DNA of 64,000 nt from a virus. The stretch lies in the IMG/VR virus record IMGVR_UViG_3300037483_001670, positions 96,001 through 160,000 of that record. One strand, given 5' to 3'. The notes under the pieces are model-generated. The model was not told where the DNA came from and ran no database searches. It saw only the letters and a list, made by a program, of their open reading frames with translations. Made by a program: the position numbers and the translations under genes. Position 1 is the first letter of the stretch. Each line of letters opens with the position of its first letter. Positions 27,334 through 35,186 of the stretch are shown here, piece after piece.

Positions 27334-27663
27334 TTACGTCACTTCACCGTTCGTCACCATGCCGTGCCACTCACATCCGCCCGACAACTTGACGGACGAG
27401 CTGCCCGCGACGAGCGACAGGTCGCCGAAACCGGTACCCGCCAGGTTCCATCGACCCGGGCCGGGCACCACCTCGGGCGGCACCGATGGCGACCAGCAAA
27501 TCACGCTGTGCGTGCCCACCGAGCCGCCGTTCGCCTGAAAGCACTTCGGGCATAGAAAGATCACGCCATGCGCTTCCCCGATCGTGTCGACCGACCGATG
27601 GTACTGCTGGCCGTCGATCATCTCGTACACCAGGAATTTCGGCCGGAGCTCCGTCAGGCGCAT
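27334..27663 (-). CDS. DUF6527-like phage protein
   Basis: FLCPKC...SSSVKLSGGCEWHGMVTNGEV. Confidence 0.6.
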   Translation of the reverse strand: MRLTELRPKFLVYEMIDGQQYHRSVDTIGEAHGVIFLCPKCFQANGGSVGTHSVICWSPSVPPEVVPGPGRWNLAGTGFGDLSLVAGSSSVKLSGGCEWHGMVTNGEVT

Positions 27664-28265
27664 CGTGGCCTTGCCAGCAGAGCGTTGTATCCACCTCGAC
27701 GAAGTAGAAAGTCGCCCGCGCCGACCCACTCTTCATCGGGCGTCTTTCTTGACGAGCATGACACCAGCACCTCGTTTTCGATGTCCGCACCGCCGCCCCG
27801 GTCCGCTGGCCTCGGGACCCACCGCTCGCGCACGCCGACGATCAGGACCCAGTGGTCGGGCTGCGCGACGGGGCCTTTGCGCTCGCTGTCGACCTCGGCA
27901 ATTGCGTAGTAGCCCGCGTCGAACGCCATCCGCAGGTAGGCCCACCACTCGAGACAGTGCCGCGAGGCGAGACCGCCGAAGTCGTCGAAGTATCCCTCGG
28001 CGGCCCGTGGCCAGCGCGCGGGCGTTGGGACGATTCGATCGGCCAACCCGAGGCTCTTGGCCTCGTAAAGCGCCGATCTCATCGGTCCTTGCGAGATGGC
28101 CTTCTGCTTGCCCTCGCACAGCCTCTCGTAGACTTCGGGCACGGTGAGTCCGAACAGGCCGCCAAGCACGCACGCGCCGCAATCCCCGCCTTGGACGACA
28201 TCCGGCGTCGGCTGTGGCACGACCCGACGGGCAAGCACGACCTCATGGTCCCTCAAGAATTGCAC
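27654..28265 (-). CDS. papain-like (C39-type) peptidase candidate
   Basis: QGGDCGACVL (Cys) and PDHWVLIVG (His). Confidence 0.6.
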   Translation of the reverse strand: MQFLRDHEVVLARRVVPQPTPDVVQGGDCGACVLGGLFGLTVPEVYERLCEGKQKAISQGPMRSALYEAKSLGLADRIVPTPARWPRAAEGYFDDFGGLASRHCLEWWAYLRMAFDAGYYAIAEVDSERKGPVAQPDHWVLIVGVRERWVPRPADRGGGADIENEVLVSCSSRKTPDEEWVGAGDFLLRRGGYNALLARPRCA

Positions 28266-28304
28266 TCCGTCAGGCGCATTTATATGGCCAATATATAATA
28301 GCGG

Positions 28305-28376
28305 TCCCGGGTGAGGGAGTCGAACCCACGTGGGCAGCTTCAAAGGCTGCTGTCTTGGCCGCTAGACGAACCCGGA
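28305..28376 (-). tRNA. trnQ: tRNA-Gln(TTG)
   Basis: GCAGC-CTTTGAA-GCTGC. Confidence 0.9.
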
Positions 28377-28645
28377 TCATCGTCATGTTTATCGATGCTT
28401 GTTGTCACCTTCCCACCGCGGCGCGCTGCAAACCTCTTCGCCCAGGCAACTACACGAGCAGTTCCGATCAGCTCTATCGCCAGAACGTACGGCACCCATA
28501 CAAACCAAAGAAGCGATGTAACGATTACGGTAATGTAGCGAAGGTCCAGCGTTCGACCGTTGTGGTCGACTTCAAGCGAACGGCAGGACCACAAATTGAA
28601 CGGTACCGCAAGCACCGCGCCCAACATCCAAATTTTCAAGACCAT
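28340..28645 (-). CDS. 2-TM membrane protein
   Basis: MVLKIWMLGAVLAVPF...IVTSLLWFVWVPYVLAI. Confidence 0.55.
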   Translation of the reverse strand: MVLKIWMLGAVLAVPFNLWSCRSLEVDHNGRTLDLRYITVIVTSLLWFVWVPYVLAIELIGTARVVAWAKRFAARRGGKVTTSIDKHDDDPGSSSGQDSSL

Positions 28646-28671
28646 CCCAGGGTTTCCTTCCAGCTCTTTCG

Positions 28672-28743
28672 TGCCGGTGCTCGGGGTCGAACCGAGACCT
28701 TGATCGTATGAAAATCCTGCTCTAACCGCTGAGCTACACCGGC
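28672..28743 (-). tRNA. tRNA CAT (Met or Ile2)
   Basis: loop TTCATAC; GCCGGTG/CACCGGC acceptor. Confidence 0.85.
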
Positions 28744-28745
28744 CT

Positions 28746-28819
28746 TGGATGCGGCGCCCTGAGTCGAACAGGGAAAACATCGGGCTTATGAGACCTGACT
28801 GGGACCGTCCCTCACCGCA
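28746..28819 (-). tRNA. trnM: tRNA-Met(CAT), minimal D-arm, CCA encoded
   Basis: TGCGGTG/CGCCGCA, loop CTCATAA, D-arm GGGA-CGG-TCCC. Confidence 0.78.
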
Positions 28820-28842
28820 CAAGCAACGTACCACAACTTGAG

Positions 28843-28915
28843 CGCCCTCGGCAGGACTCGAACCTGCAACATCAGGCTCCGGAGGCCTGCGGTCTATCCA
28901 TTGGCCTACGAGGGC
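28843..28915 (-). tRNA. trnR: tRNA-Arg(CCG)
   Basis: CAGGC-CTCCGGA-GCCTG. Confidence 0.93.
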
Positions 28916-29253
28916 AGCTTCTCTTTCGCCTTCAACTTCGCTTCGATGTCCCAGAGCACGTGCTCCGGCTTCCCCACGTCGAGCGGACCCGACGACGCCA
29001 GCGTCATCCCCGGCACGCGCACCTCACCGATGTAGCCCGACCGCATGCGGATGATCGTCACCTGCGCGCCGACGTCATTGCCCGCCATCCGAAAAATCTC
29101 GTCGAGCGTCGTCGCGGGGCGCGGCATCTCCTCGAGCCACTTGGCCAGCGCGCCGAGCTTCACCATGAACCGATCCAGCAGCACGTAAAGCGCCACCCAG
29201 CTCGTCGCAACCGTGACACCCAGCGTGACCGGGATGATCCACCAATAGCCCAT
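28906..29253 (-). CDS. N-terminal TM protein, probably leaderless
   Basis: TACAAT-N6-ATG; MGYWWIIPVTLGVTVATSWVALYVLL. Confidence 0.65.
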   Translation of the reverse strand: MGYWWIIPVTLGVTVATSWVALYVLLDRFMVKLGALAKWLEEMPRPATTLDEIFRMAGNDVGAQVTIIRMRSGYIGEVRVPGMTLASSGPLDVGKPEHVLWDIEAKLKAKEKLPS

Positions 29254-29275
29254 CGCACGATTGTACCACCCGAGG

Positions 29276-29347
29276 CGCCCTCCCCGCGATTCGAACGCGG
29301 AATGCCGGTTTCGTAGACCGGTATGATCTCCATTTCATCAGGAGGGC
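29276..29347 (-). tRNA. trnR: tRNA-Arg(ACG)
   Basis: CCGGT-CTACGAA-ACCGG. Confidence 0.9.
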
Positions 29348-29357
29348 AAAACCACAG

Positions 29358-29430
29358 CGTCCCGTGCGGGAGTCGAACCCGCGTTTGCTGAGTGAAAATC
29401 AGCGATCCTGGGCCCCTAGATGAACGGGAC
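29358..29430 (-). tRNA. trnE: tRNA-Glu(TTC)
   Basis: GCTGA-TTTTCAC-TCAGC. Confidence 0.93.
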
Positions 29431-29439
29431 AGTTCACAG

Positions 29440-29513
29440 CGCCCCACGGAGGATTCGAACCTCCAACCTGACCGATAGAAGCGGCCTGCGCTATCCGGTT
29501 GCGCCACTGGGGC
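29440..29513 (-). tRNA. trnR: tRNA-Arg(TCT)
   Basis: GGCCG-CTTCTAT-CGGTC. Confidence 0.9.
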
Positions 29514-29517
29514 GGAG

Positions 29518-30343
29518 CTACTTCAGCAAAGCAATGTTGGTCTGGTACTTCGCGCAAAGCACGCCGGGGTCGATCTCTTCGATCTCGCCGTTCTCCAAGA
29601 TCTCGACCACCTTGTGCCCGAAGCTCGTGAGCTTCTTAGCGAAGCGCATCGGGTCCTCGAAAAACATCGGCGTAAACTCGAGCACCAGCTGCATCTTCGG
29701 GTTCCGCTCGAGCAGGCCCTGCATCCCGTCCCACACCCGCTCCTCCGAGCCCTCGACGTCCATCACCACGAGATCGATCTCCTGCTTCGCGCCGAGTGCG
29801 ATGTCGAGCGTCGTCTGCGGCACCTGGTAATGCGAGGCGCCTCCGTGGACCAGATGCTTCGCCGCTTGGTCGTCGCGCACGTAGGCGTACCCGTTCCGGT
29901 GCTCGTTGATCGACATCTCGACCGGATCCGACGAGTTGCCCACCGCCGTATCGAACACCCCGACGCGCCCTTCGTAGAACCCGTTGGCGCGCGCCGAGCG
30001 ACCGACCAAAGTCCGCCAGGCGCTTCTGCGGCTCGAACGAATAGACGTACCCTTGCGGCCCGACGAGATCCGCGAGCAGCATCGTGTAGTAGCCGACGTT
30101 GGCGCCCACGTTGACGACGCGCGTCCGCGGCTTCACGAGCTTGACCACCTGCGTCGTAATCCACGGTTCCCAGATGCCGTCCATCAGCAAACTCGGCGCG
30201 ATCGATTCGTCGCGCGAGTCGACGTACATCTTGTACTTGTTGAGCACCCTGCAAATGTTGATGCCGCTCCCCACGTAGACGGACTTCGCACCTTCCCGTG
30301 AGACGCGCTCGAGCTGCTGCCGATCGACGATGTCGTAACCCAT
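29518..30343 (-). pseudogene. FkbM-family methyltransferase with +1 frameshift near 30009
   Basis: WEPWIT...VVNVGANVGYYT...SFEPQ in one frame; DLVVMDVEGSE in next; extra T in TTT run. Confidence 0.85.
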
Positions 30344-30368
30344 GGTTACGTTCGTAACACAGACACAG

Positions 30369-30441
30369 AGGCGCAGGCGAGAATCGAACTCACGCAATGG
30401 GGTTTTTGCAGAACCCTGCCTTTCCGCTTGGCTACTGCGCC
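30369..30441 (-). tRNA. trnC: tRNA-Cys(GCA)
   Basis: GGGTT-CTGCAAA-AACCC, U73. Confidence 0.93.
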
Positions 30442-30540
30442 AGGCGTGAAGCGCCATACGGTCACTTCACGGGGTCGACGGCTCGGCCCAGCCATCAACA
30501 ACTCTGCCGGCCTGGTTGGCCGCGAACACCGGCAGATCGG

Positions 30541-30612
30541 AGCGGTGCACCGGATTCGAACCGGTATTAACTGCCTGGCAGACAGCAGTCCTAACCATTG
30601 GACGAGCACCGC
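30541..30612 (-). tRNA. trnG: tRNA-Gly(GCC)
   Basis: GCTGT-CTGCCAG-GCAGT. Confidence 0.9.
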
Positions 30613-30683
30613 AAAAGATCGGCCGACGCCGAAAGAGCGCTCCCTCCCGGTGCGCATCCCCGAGAAGGCAGTCGACGGCGACC

Positions 30684-30757
30684 TGGAGCGGGCAGCGAGA
30701 CTCGAACTCGCATACTTGGCATGGAAGACCAAAGTCCTACCGTTGGACGATGCCCGC
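30684..30757 (-). tRNA. trnG: tRNA-Gly(TCC), CCA encoded
   Basis: TTGGT-CTTCCAT-GCCAA. Confidence 0.93.
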
Positions 30758-30792
30758 GCAACACGTGTACAATTGACTGTGGAGGTGCCCAC

Positions 30793-30951
30793 ATGGCCAC
30801 CATCATCGTTCCCCTGATCGTTTTGATCCTCGGCGCGCTCATGTACGCACTTGCCGCCAATCCGAAGCTCCAGGAGATGGGTCGCCTCCTGTTTTTCGTC
30901 GGTGCCTTCTGGCTCGTCCAGATGTTTGCCGGCCGACAAGTGCACTTCTGA
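30793..30951 (+). CDS. 52-aa 2-TM membrane protein
   Basis: GGAGG RBS; MATIIVPLIVLILGALMYALA. Confidence 0.7.
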   Translation: MATIIVPLIVLILGALMYALAANPKLQEMGRLLFFVGAFWLVQMFAGRQVHF

Positions 30952-31021
30952 GCCCTGCACGGGAATCGAACCCGCGTCGCGCTCTTACCAAGAGCGAGCT
31001 CTCCCACTGAGCTAACAGGGC
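30951..31021 (-). tRNA. trnT: tRNA-Thr(GGT)
   Basis: CGCTC-TTGGTAA-GAGCG. Confidence 0.93.
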
Positions 31022-31027
31022 ACTTCG

Positions 31028-31099
31028 TGGAGACCGGGAGAGTCGAACTCCCGTCGGCCGGGTGCAAACCGGCTGCTCTCCCAGTTGAGCTAGGTCCCC
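31028..31099 (-). tRNA. trnA: tRNA-Ala(TGC)
   Basis: GCCGG-TTTGCAC-CCGGC; G3:U70. Confidence 0.95.
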
Positions 31100-31281
31100 A
31101 TTTTCTGCGTCGTCGTTGATGCAAACACCACCATGTCGCCTTCGCGCACACACGCTTTGTGCACGTCGTGCTCGTTTCCCGCCTCGTCCCGAATGCGCGT
31201 GAACACCCGCCCATGAAAGCGCCGCGAGCACGCCCAGCAGAACTTGACCCTCGGCTGTTCTGGACCGGCCTTCCAGCTCAC
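31090..31281 (-). CDS. small Zn-binding protein
   Basis: FCWAC...VHKAC. Confidence 0.55.
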   Translation of the reverse strand: MSWKAGPEQPRVKFCWACSRRFHGRVFTRIRDEAGNEHDVHKACVREGDMVVFASTTTQKMGT

Positions 31282-31658
31282 GGCGCTTCCGGCTTGGGTG
31301 CGACCGGCATGGCGATCTGATCGAGCGGAAATCGTTGGTACCGCACGCCCGTCTCGGCAGCGGGATCATCTATCGCGACCAGAAGCGCGACGACCTTCCC
31401 GTCCTCGACGACGAACTCAGCCTTTCGTCCGGGCTTGTCGCTCGGCGGAAGAATGATCCTCGGCAGCCTTGGGTTGTACTGCATGCCGAGCGGCAAAAGA
31501 AACTGCTCGGTCCAGTCGACCTCGCCATCGTCCTTGCGCACGGTGAGCGTGATGAGCCGCATGCTGCCGTCGGGAGCCTCGCCAAGCTCGCACTCGGTAC
31601 CTGCAAAGTGCGTGAACCCAGGATGGGAGACGCTCGGTATCGGGCTCGAGATGAACAT
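31278..31658 (-). CDS. hypothetical protein
   Basis: 126 aa. Confidence 0.65.
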   Translation of the reverse strand: MFISSPIPSVSHPGFTHFAGTECELGEAPDGSMRLITLTVRKDDGEVDWTEQFLLPLGMQYNPRLPRIILPPSDKPGRKAEFVVEDGKVVALLVAIDDPAAETGVRYQRFPLDQIAMPVAPKPEAP

Positions 31659-31661
31659 TGG

Positions 31662-31877
31662 CTAACCCGTCGCTGAGATCCGCTCGACGCGGCGGAGCTC
31701 GAGCGGACCCTTCAGCGCTCGAACCAACTCCGCGGCGTGGTTACCGCAGCGCCAGTGCTTTCCGTGGCCTTCGACCTCTCGAATCGAAATGGTTGCTTCC
31801 CTGCGCTGCGTCGTCCCGACGTACAGACACCCATCGTGGTCGCAATACTTGTCCGACATCTCGATGCATTCACTCAT
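31662..31877 (-). CDS. small Zn-binding protein, probably leaderless
   Basis: TACGAT-N6-ATG; YCDHDGC...CGNH. Confidence 0.65.
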   Translation of the reverse strand: MSECIEMSDKYCDHDGCLYVGTTQRREATISIREVEGHGKHWRCGNHAAELVRALKGPLELRRVERISATG

Positions 31878-32526
31878 GTGACGATCGTACCATAACTGCG
31901 GAGCCAGAGGGGCGTCCCGCGCGGAGCAGAGCCGCCAGCTTGCACCTCGGACATCCCGGCCCAAAATACCCGATCTCACACTCTGGGCAGTACGCCTCGG
32001 CCATCTCTACGCCGTTCTGCCGAAGCTCCATTCCTAGCTCTTCGATCGGCCGAAGGCATCGATTCGGAACTTCGAAATATGGATGCTCGTAGTCGCCCTT
32101 CTTCCAGTACTCCACCTTCTTCGCGTCTTGTCCCCAGCACCAGCCAGCCACCACGCACGCCTGCTCCGTCGGCCGATCCGTGACCACAACAAATACGTAC
32201 GGAGACCGCTCGCTGTTGAACTCGGGAATCAGCAGATGGCCGCTCGCTCTGTCGGTCGCCTTCACTTCCAGCGGTCCCACGTCATGCCCGTCACGCCGCC
32301 ACTTTTGCCAGGCCGCGCTCGGCAAGAACATCCCGTCCCACGGCAACCGAAGCACCTTCGAGACGACCCATTCCCCCAGACACCCGACCATGTCGCTTCG
32401 CCCGATCCCCATCGGGTGAAAACCAAGCCTACCGTGTCGTTGGTTTTCAGCCGTTCGCATCCGTGCCACACCACGGATCAGGTCCCATTCTGGGCCGGTA
32501 AGAAGCACTTGGGCGCCTGCACGCAT
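31870..32526 (-). CDS. PD-(D/E)XK-like phage protein
   Basis: GCLGEWVVSKVL...DVGPLEVKAT...YVFVVV...VAGWCWG. Confidence 0.6.
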   Translation of the reverse strand: MRAGAQVLLTGPEWDLIRGVARMRTAENQRHGRLGFHPMGIGRSDMVGCLGEWVVSKVLRLPWDGMFLPSAAWQKWRRDGHDVGPLEVKATDRASGHLLIPEFNSERSPYVFVVVTDRPTEQACVVAGWCWGQDAKKVEYWKKGDYEHPYFEVPNRCLRPIEELGMELRQNGVEMAEAYCPECEIGYFGPGCPRCKLAALLRAGRPSGSAVMVRSSHE

Positions 32527-32605
32527 TCCAAGCGGAACGCTACCAACAAGACCACAATCTCGTCAGCAGCGATCGTGCCAGACGATAGGTCACGCAATGT
32601 CACAG

Positions 32606-32680
32606 TGGTGGAGACGAGGGGAGTCGGACCCCTGTCGGACGCGTGCGAGGCGGCTGCTCTCCCAGTTGAGCTACGTCCCC
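32606..32680 (-). tRNA. trnA: tRNA-Ala(CGC), T-loop TCCGACT, CCA encoded
   Basis: loop CTCGCAC; G3:U70. Confidence 0.88.
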
Positions 32681-32685
32681 AAAAG

Positions 32686-32753
32686 CAGGCCGGCGCAGAG
32701 TCGAACTGCGTCCCGCGGGGTTGGAATCCGCTCGGCTCCCCAGCCTCCGACCT
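32686..32753 (-). tRNA. trnW: tRNA-Trp(CCA), 68 nt, minimal D-arm
   Basis: AGGTCGG/CCGGCCT, loop TTCCAAC, D-arm GGCT-GGGG-AGCC. Confidence 0.78.
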
Positions 32754-32759
32754 ATGCAG

Positions 32760-32831
32760 CGCCGCGTTCCGGATTCGAACCGGACACCCGCCGTCGACAG
32801 CGGCGTCGCTTCCCGAGCTGCGTCACGCGGC
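32760..32831 (-). tRNA. trnD: tRNA-Asp(GTC)
   Basis: CGCCG-CTGTCGA-CGGCG. Confidence 0.88.
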
Positions 32832-32832
32832 T

Positions 32833-33411
32833 CTACTTCTTGTTGCGGCCCTTCTTCGGTGCCGCCTCGGGCAGCGCCAGGAACGACGTCTTGCCGGCGA
32901 GCATCGCCAGGAGCGCTTCAGGCTTCTTGCGGATCGCCTCGAGCCGGTTCCCAGCCGCTTCAATCGTCTCGCGCAACCGGCCGAGCGCCGCCCACGTTTC
33001 TTCCGTGTACGGCAGCAGCGTCCGCATCTCCGGGTACTCGACGTATCGCTCGCTTCGGCGCGTCGGATCGTCCGAGTCCTCAGAGTGGGCCCGCTGCAAT
33101 TGCCCACCGTCGAGCCGCTCCGCGAACTCGAATCGCACGTACGACAGCACGAGCCGCACGTGCTCGCAGTGATGCTTCTGAACCTCGTCGATGCCGCCCT
33201 CCACCTCGATCATCGGTTTCCACTCGAGCTGGACCGCGCGCGGAATCATCTCGACCGTCAGCTTCTTACAGGTCTCCACGTCGGGCGCTTCGACTCGCTC
33301 GATGCCGAGCTGCGCAAAGAACACCTTGTCCTCGCGATCGAACATGATGTCCACCTTGGCGAGACGGTGGTGCACGTCGTCAACCTTGTAGGGCTTCAGC
33401 TTCCTCGGCAT
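32833..33411 (-). CDS. hypothetical protein
   Basis: 192 aa protein-like ORF. Confidence 0.75.
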   Translation of the reverse strand: MPRKLKPYKVDDVHHRLAKVDIMFDREDKVFFAQLGIERVEAPDVETCKKLTVEMIPRAVQLEWKPMIEVEGGIDEVQKHHCEHVRLVLSYVRFEFAERLDGGQLQRAHSEDSDDPTRRSERYVEYPEMRTLLPYTEETWAALGRLRETIEAAGNRLEAIRKKPEALLAMLAGKTSFLALPEAAPKKGRNKK

Positions 33412-33424
33412 CGGGTCCCTTCCG

Positions 33425-33501
33425 CGCCCCCGGCAAGATTCGAACTTGCGTGCTTTTGCCGCTTTAGGAAAGCGGTGCCTGATCCACTAGGCTACGGGGG
33501 C
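33425..33501 (-). tRNA. trnR: tRNA-Arg(CCT)
   Basis: CCGCT-TTCCTAA-AGCGG, enlarged variable loop. Confidence 0.9.
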
Positions 33502-33533
33502 AAAACGTTACGATCGTACTAGCACGGTCGTGA

Positions 33534-33620
33534 TGGTGTGACGTACGGGAATCGAACCCGTGTGTGACCTTTCGGTCCTCGAGCCACAATCGAGCGCCTT
33601 ACCACTCGGCCAACGTCACC
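33534..33620 (-). tRNA. trnH: tRNA-His(GTG) with long variable arm and A73, CCA encoded
   Basis: CTCGA-TTGTGGC-TCGAG; variable arm GACC-GAAA-GGTC. Confidence 0.88.
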
Positions 33621-33625
33621 ACGAG

Positions 33626-33697
33626 TCGGGGTGAGAGGACTCGAACCTCCAGCATGCTGCACCCAAAACAGCCCCTCTACCTTTGAGGTACACCCCG
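33626..33697 (-). tRNA. trnP: tRNA-Pro(TGG)
   Basis: GCTGT-TTTGGGT-GCAGC. Confidence 0.92.
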
Positions 33698-33698
33698 G

Positions 33699-33771
33699 CG
33701 GACGACCCCGGTTTCGATCCGGGCTCTCCTAGGCTTCAGCTAGGCGCTTTCACCAGATTAGCTTGCCGTCC
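33699..33771 (-). tRNA. trnF: tRNA-Phe(GAA), T-loop ATCGAAA, G73
   Basis: CCTAG-CTGAAGC-CTAGG. Confidence 0.85.
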
Positions 33772-33790
33772 TTGTGTTACAAACGTAACT

Positions 33791-34009
33791 GTGCTCGGTT
33801 TCGAAGCTCTCCTCAGCTCCCTCCCAACCTGCGAGGGGCGCCACCGACGATCTGGGCGCAGATGCCGCGCCCCGGGCCGGGTGACCGACGTCTTTTCGCG
33901 CCGGGTCTACTGCTGCCTGCACGCCCCCGGCTGCCGCGACGAACGCCTCCAGCGTCAGCTCGAAAAGGTGCGCCTCCGTGACATGGTGCGTCAAGCGTAC
34001 GGTTTCTAG
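33791..34009 (+). CDS. small Cys-containing protein
   Basis: GTG 1 nt after palindrome 33776; stop abuts tRNA-Glu. Confidence 0.45.
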   Translation: MLGFEALLSSLPTCEGRHRRSGRRCRAPGRVTDVFSRRVYCCLHAPGCRDERLQRQLEKVRLRDMVRQAYGF

Positions 34010-34082
34010 TACCCCCGGCCGGATTCGAACCGGCCTTTGCTGATCGAGAATCAGCCGTCCTACCCGAGTAGACGACGGGGGC
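34010..34082 (-). tRNA. trnE: tRNA-Glu(CTC)
   Basis: GCTGA-TTCTCGA-TCAGC. Confidence 0.92.
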
Positions 34083-34086
34083 AGCA

Positions 34087-34160
34087 TGGAGCCGACGGCG
34101 GGAGTCGAACCCGCTCACGCCCGCTTACAAGACGGGGACCCTCCTCAGGGCGACATCGGC
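34087..34160 (-). tRNA. trnT: tRNA-Thr(TGT), short D-loop, CCA encoded
   Basis: CCCGT-CTTGTAA-GCGGG. Confidence 0.85.
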
Positions 34161-34275
34161 GGATGTCAATACGTTTCAGCTGGATCGTGCGAGCGATGCG
34201 TCTCCGCAAGTCGAGAGCGAAAATGCGGTTGTGTCTCGAGCCGCATCCCGAGTACGGTTGAGATCAGCTGCACCC

Positions 34276-34554
34276 ATGGCCACCGCTGAGCTTCCCAAAG
34301 ACGCCGACCCGTCGTTTCACGTTCTGAAGGCAGCTATCGAAGAGGTGAGCGCGGACTCGAGGGCGGCCCGGGAGGCGGTCGACCGACTGACGTCGAAGGA
34401 CGGTGCCCTCAAGCAGCTGTCGAACCACGTACTGAAGCTGCACCAAAGCATCAGCCCGATCGGCAAGCTTCAGCAGCTCGGTTTCATCGCGATCGTCAGC
34501 ATCATCGTCACGATGACAACGCTGGCCATCGCCGCCGGCCTCGCGCCGCACTGA
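34276..34554 (+). CDS. coiled-coil protein with C-terminal TM
   Basis: LGFIAIVSIIVTMTTLAIAAGL. Confidence 0.65.
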   Translation: MATAELPKDADPSFHVLKAAIEEVSADSRAAREAVDRLTSKDGALKQLSNHVLKLHQSISPIGKLQQLGFIAIVSIIVTMTTLAIAAGLAPH

Positions 34555-34555
34555 G

Positions 34556-34626
34556 AGCCACCGTCCGGAGTCGAACCGGAGCCTGCGCCTTACGAGTGCG
34601 CTGCTCGACCGATGAGCTACGATGGC
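34556..34626 (-). tRNA. trnT: tRNA-Thr(CGT)
   Basis: loop CTCGTAA. Confidence 0.9.
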
Positions 34627-34631
34627 CGTAG

Positions 34632-34706
34632 CTGTGGGGGCAGGCCTCGAACCTGCACATCAGCGCATTAACAGTGCGCCCGCTTGCCAAGTTTGCGTAC
34701 CCCACA
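34632..34706 (-). tRNA. trnN: tRNA-Asn(GTT)
   Basis: GCGCA-CTGTTAA-TGCGC. Confidence 0.9.
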
Positions 34707-34718
34707 ATGAATCTGAGC

Positions 34719-34743
34719 CGGGGACCCCACGATGGGGTCCCCG
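34719..34743. other. 11 bp perfect hairpin in tRNA spacer
   Basis: CGGGGACCCCA-CGA-TGGGGTCCCCG. Confidence 0.7.
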
Positions 34744-34905
34744 CTCCTCGTTCTCGAGAGAGGCAGCGCAGGTTGCGCCGAGTCGCGGAGGCTCCCAGTG
34801 TAATCGTGAGCACGCGTGCTCGTGCGCGTTTCGACCACGTGGTCGTGCCGGCACAAACCAGATCCCGTCAAATTGTCAACGAACATCCGTCTTGCGACGG
34901 AGTAG

Positions 34906-34976
34906 CTCGGGGACAAGGATTCGAACCTTGATCGACCGCTTCAGAGGCGGCTGCCCTACCGTTGGACGATCCCCGA
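34906..34976 (-). tRNA. trnQ: tRNA-Gln(CTG)
   Basis: GCCGC-CTCTGAA-GCGGT. Confidence 0.93.
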
Positions 34977-34986
34977 ATGTCTTCAG

Positions 34987-35060
34987 TGCGCTCGGTGGGC
35001 TTCGATCCCACGACCTTTCGCTTAAGAGGCGATTGCTCTGACCAGCTGAGCTACGAGCGC
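34987..35060 (-). tRNA. trnK: tRNA-Lys(CTT), T-loop ATCGAAG
   Basis: loop CTCTTAA. Confidence 0.88.
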
Positions 35061-35066
35061 GCTCAG

Positions 35067-35139
35067 TGGACCGGATGGGAGTCGAACCCACAACTTTCGA
35101 GTTAAAAGCTCGCTACGCTGCCAATTGCGTCACCGGTCC
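35067..35139 (-). tRNA. trnK: tRNA-Lys(TTT)
   Basis: loop CTTTTAA. Confidence 0.9.
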
Positions 35140-35186
35140 CTTCTCGGTTTTGGACCGCGCTTCTGTTTCTTCATCACGTCACCTCG

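Noticed and set aside
32589-32603. GTCAC-N5-GTCAC as another operator copy
   Set aside because: Direct rather than inverted repeat, and wrong spacing
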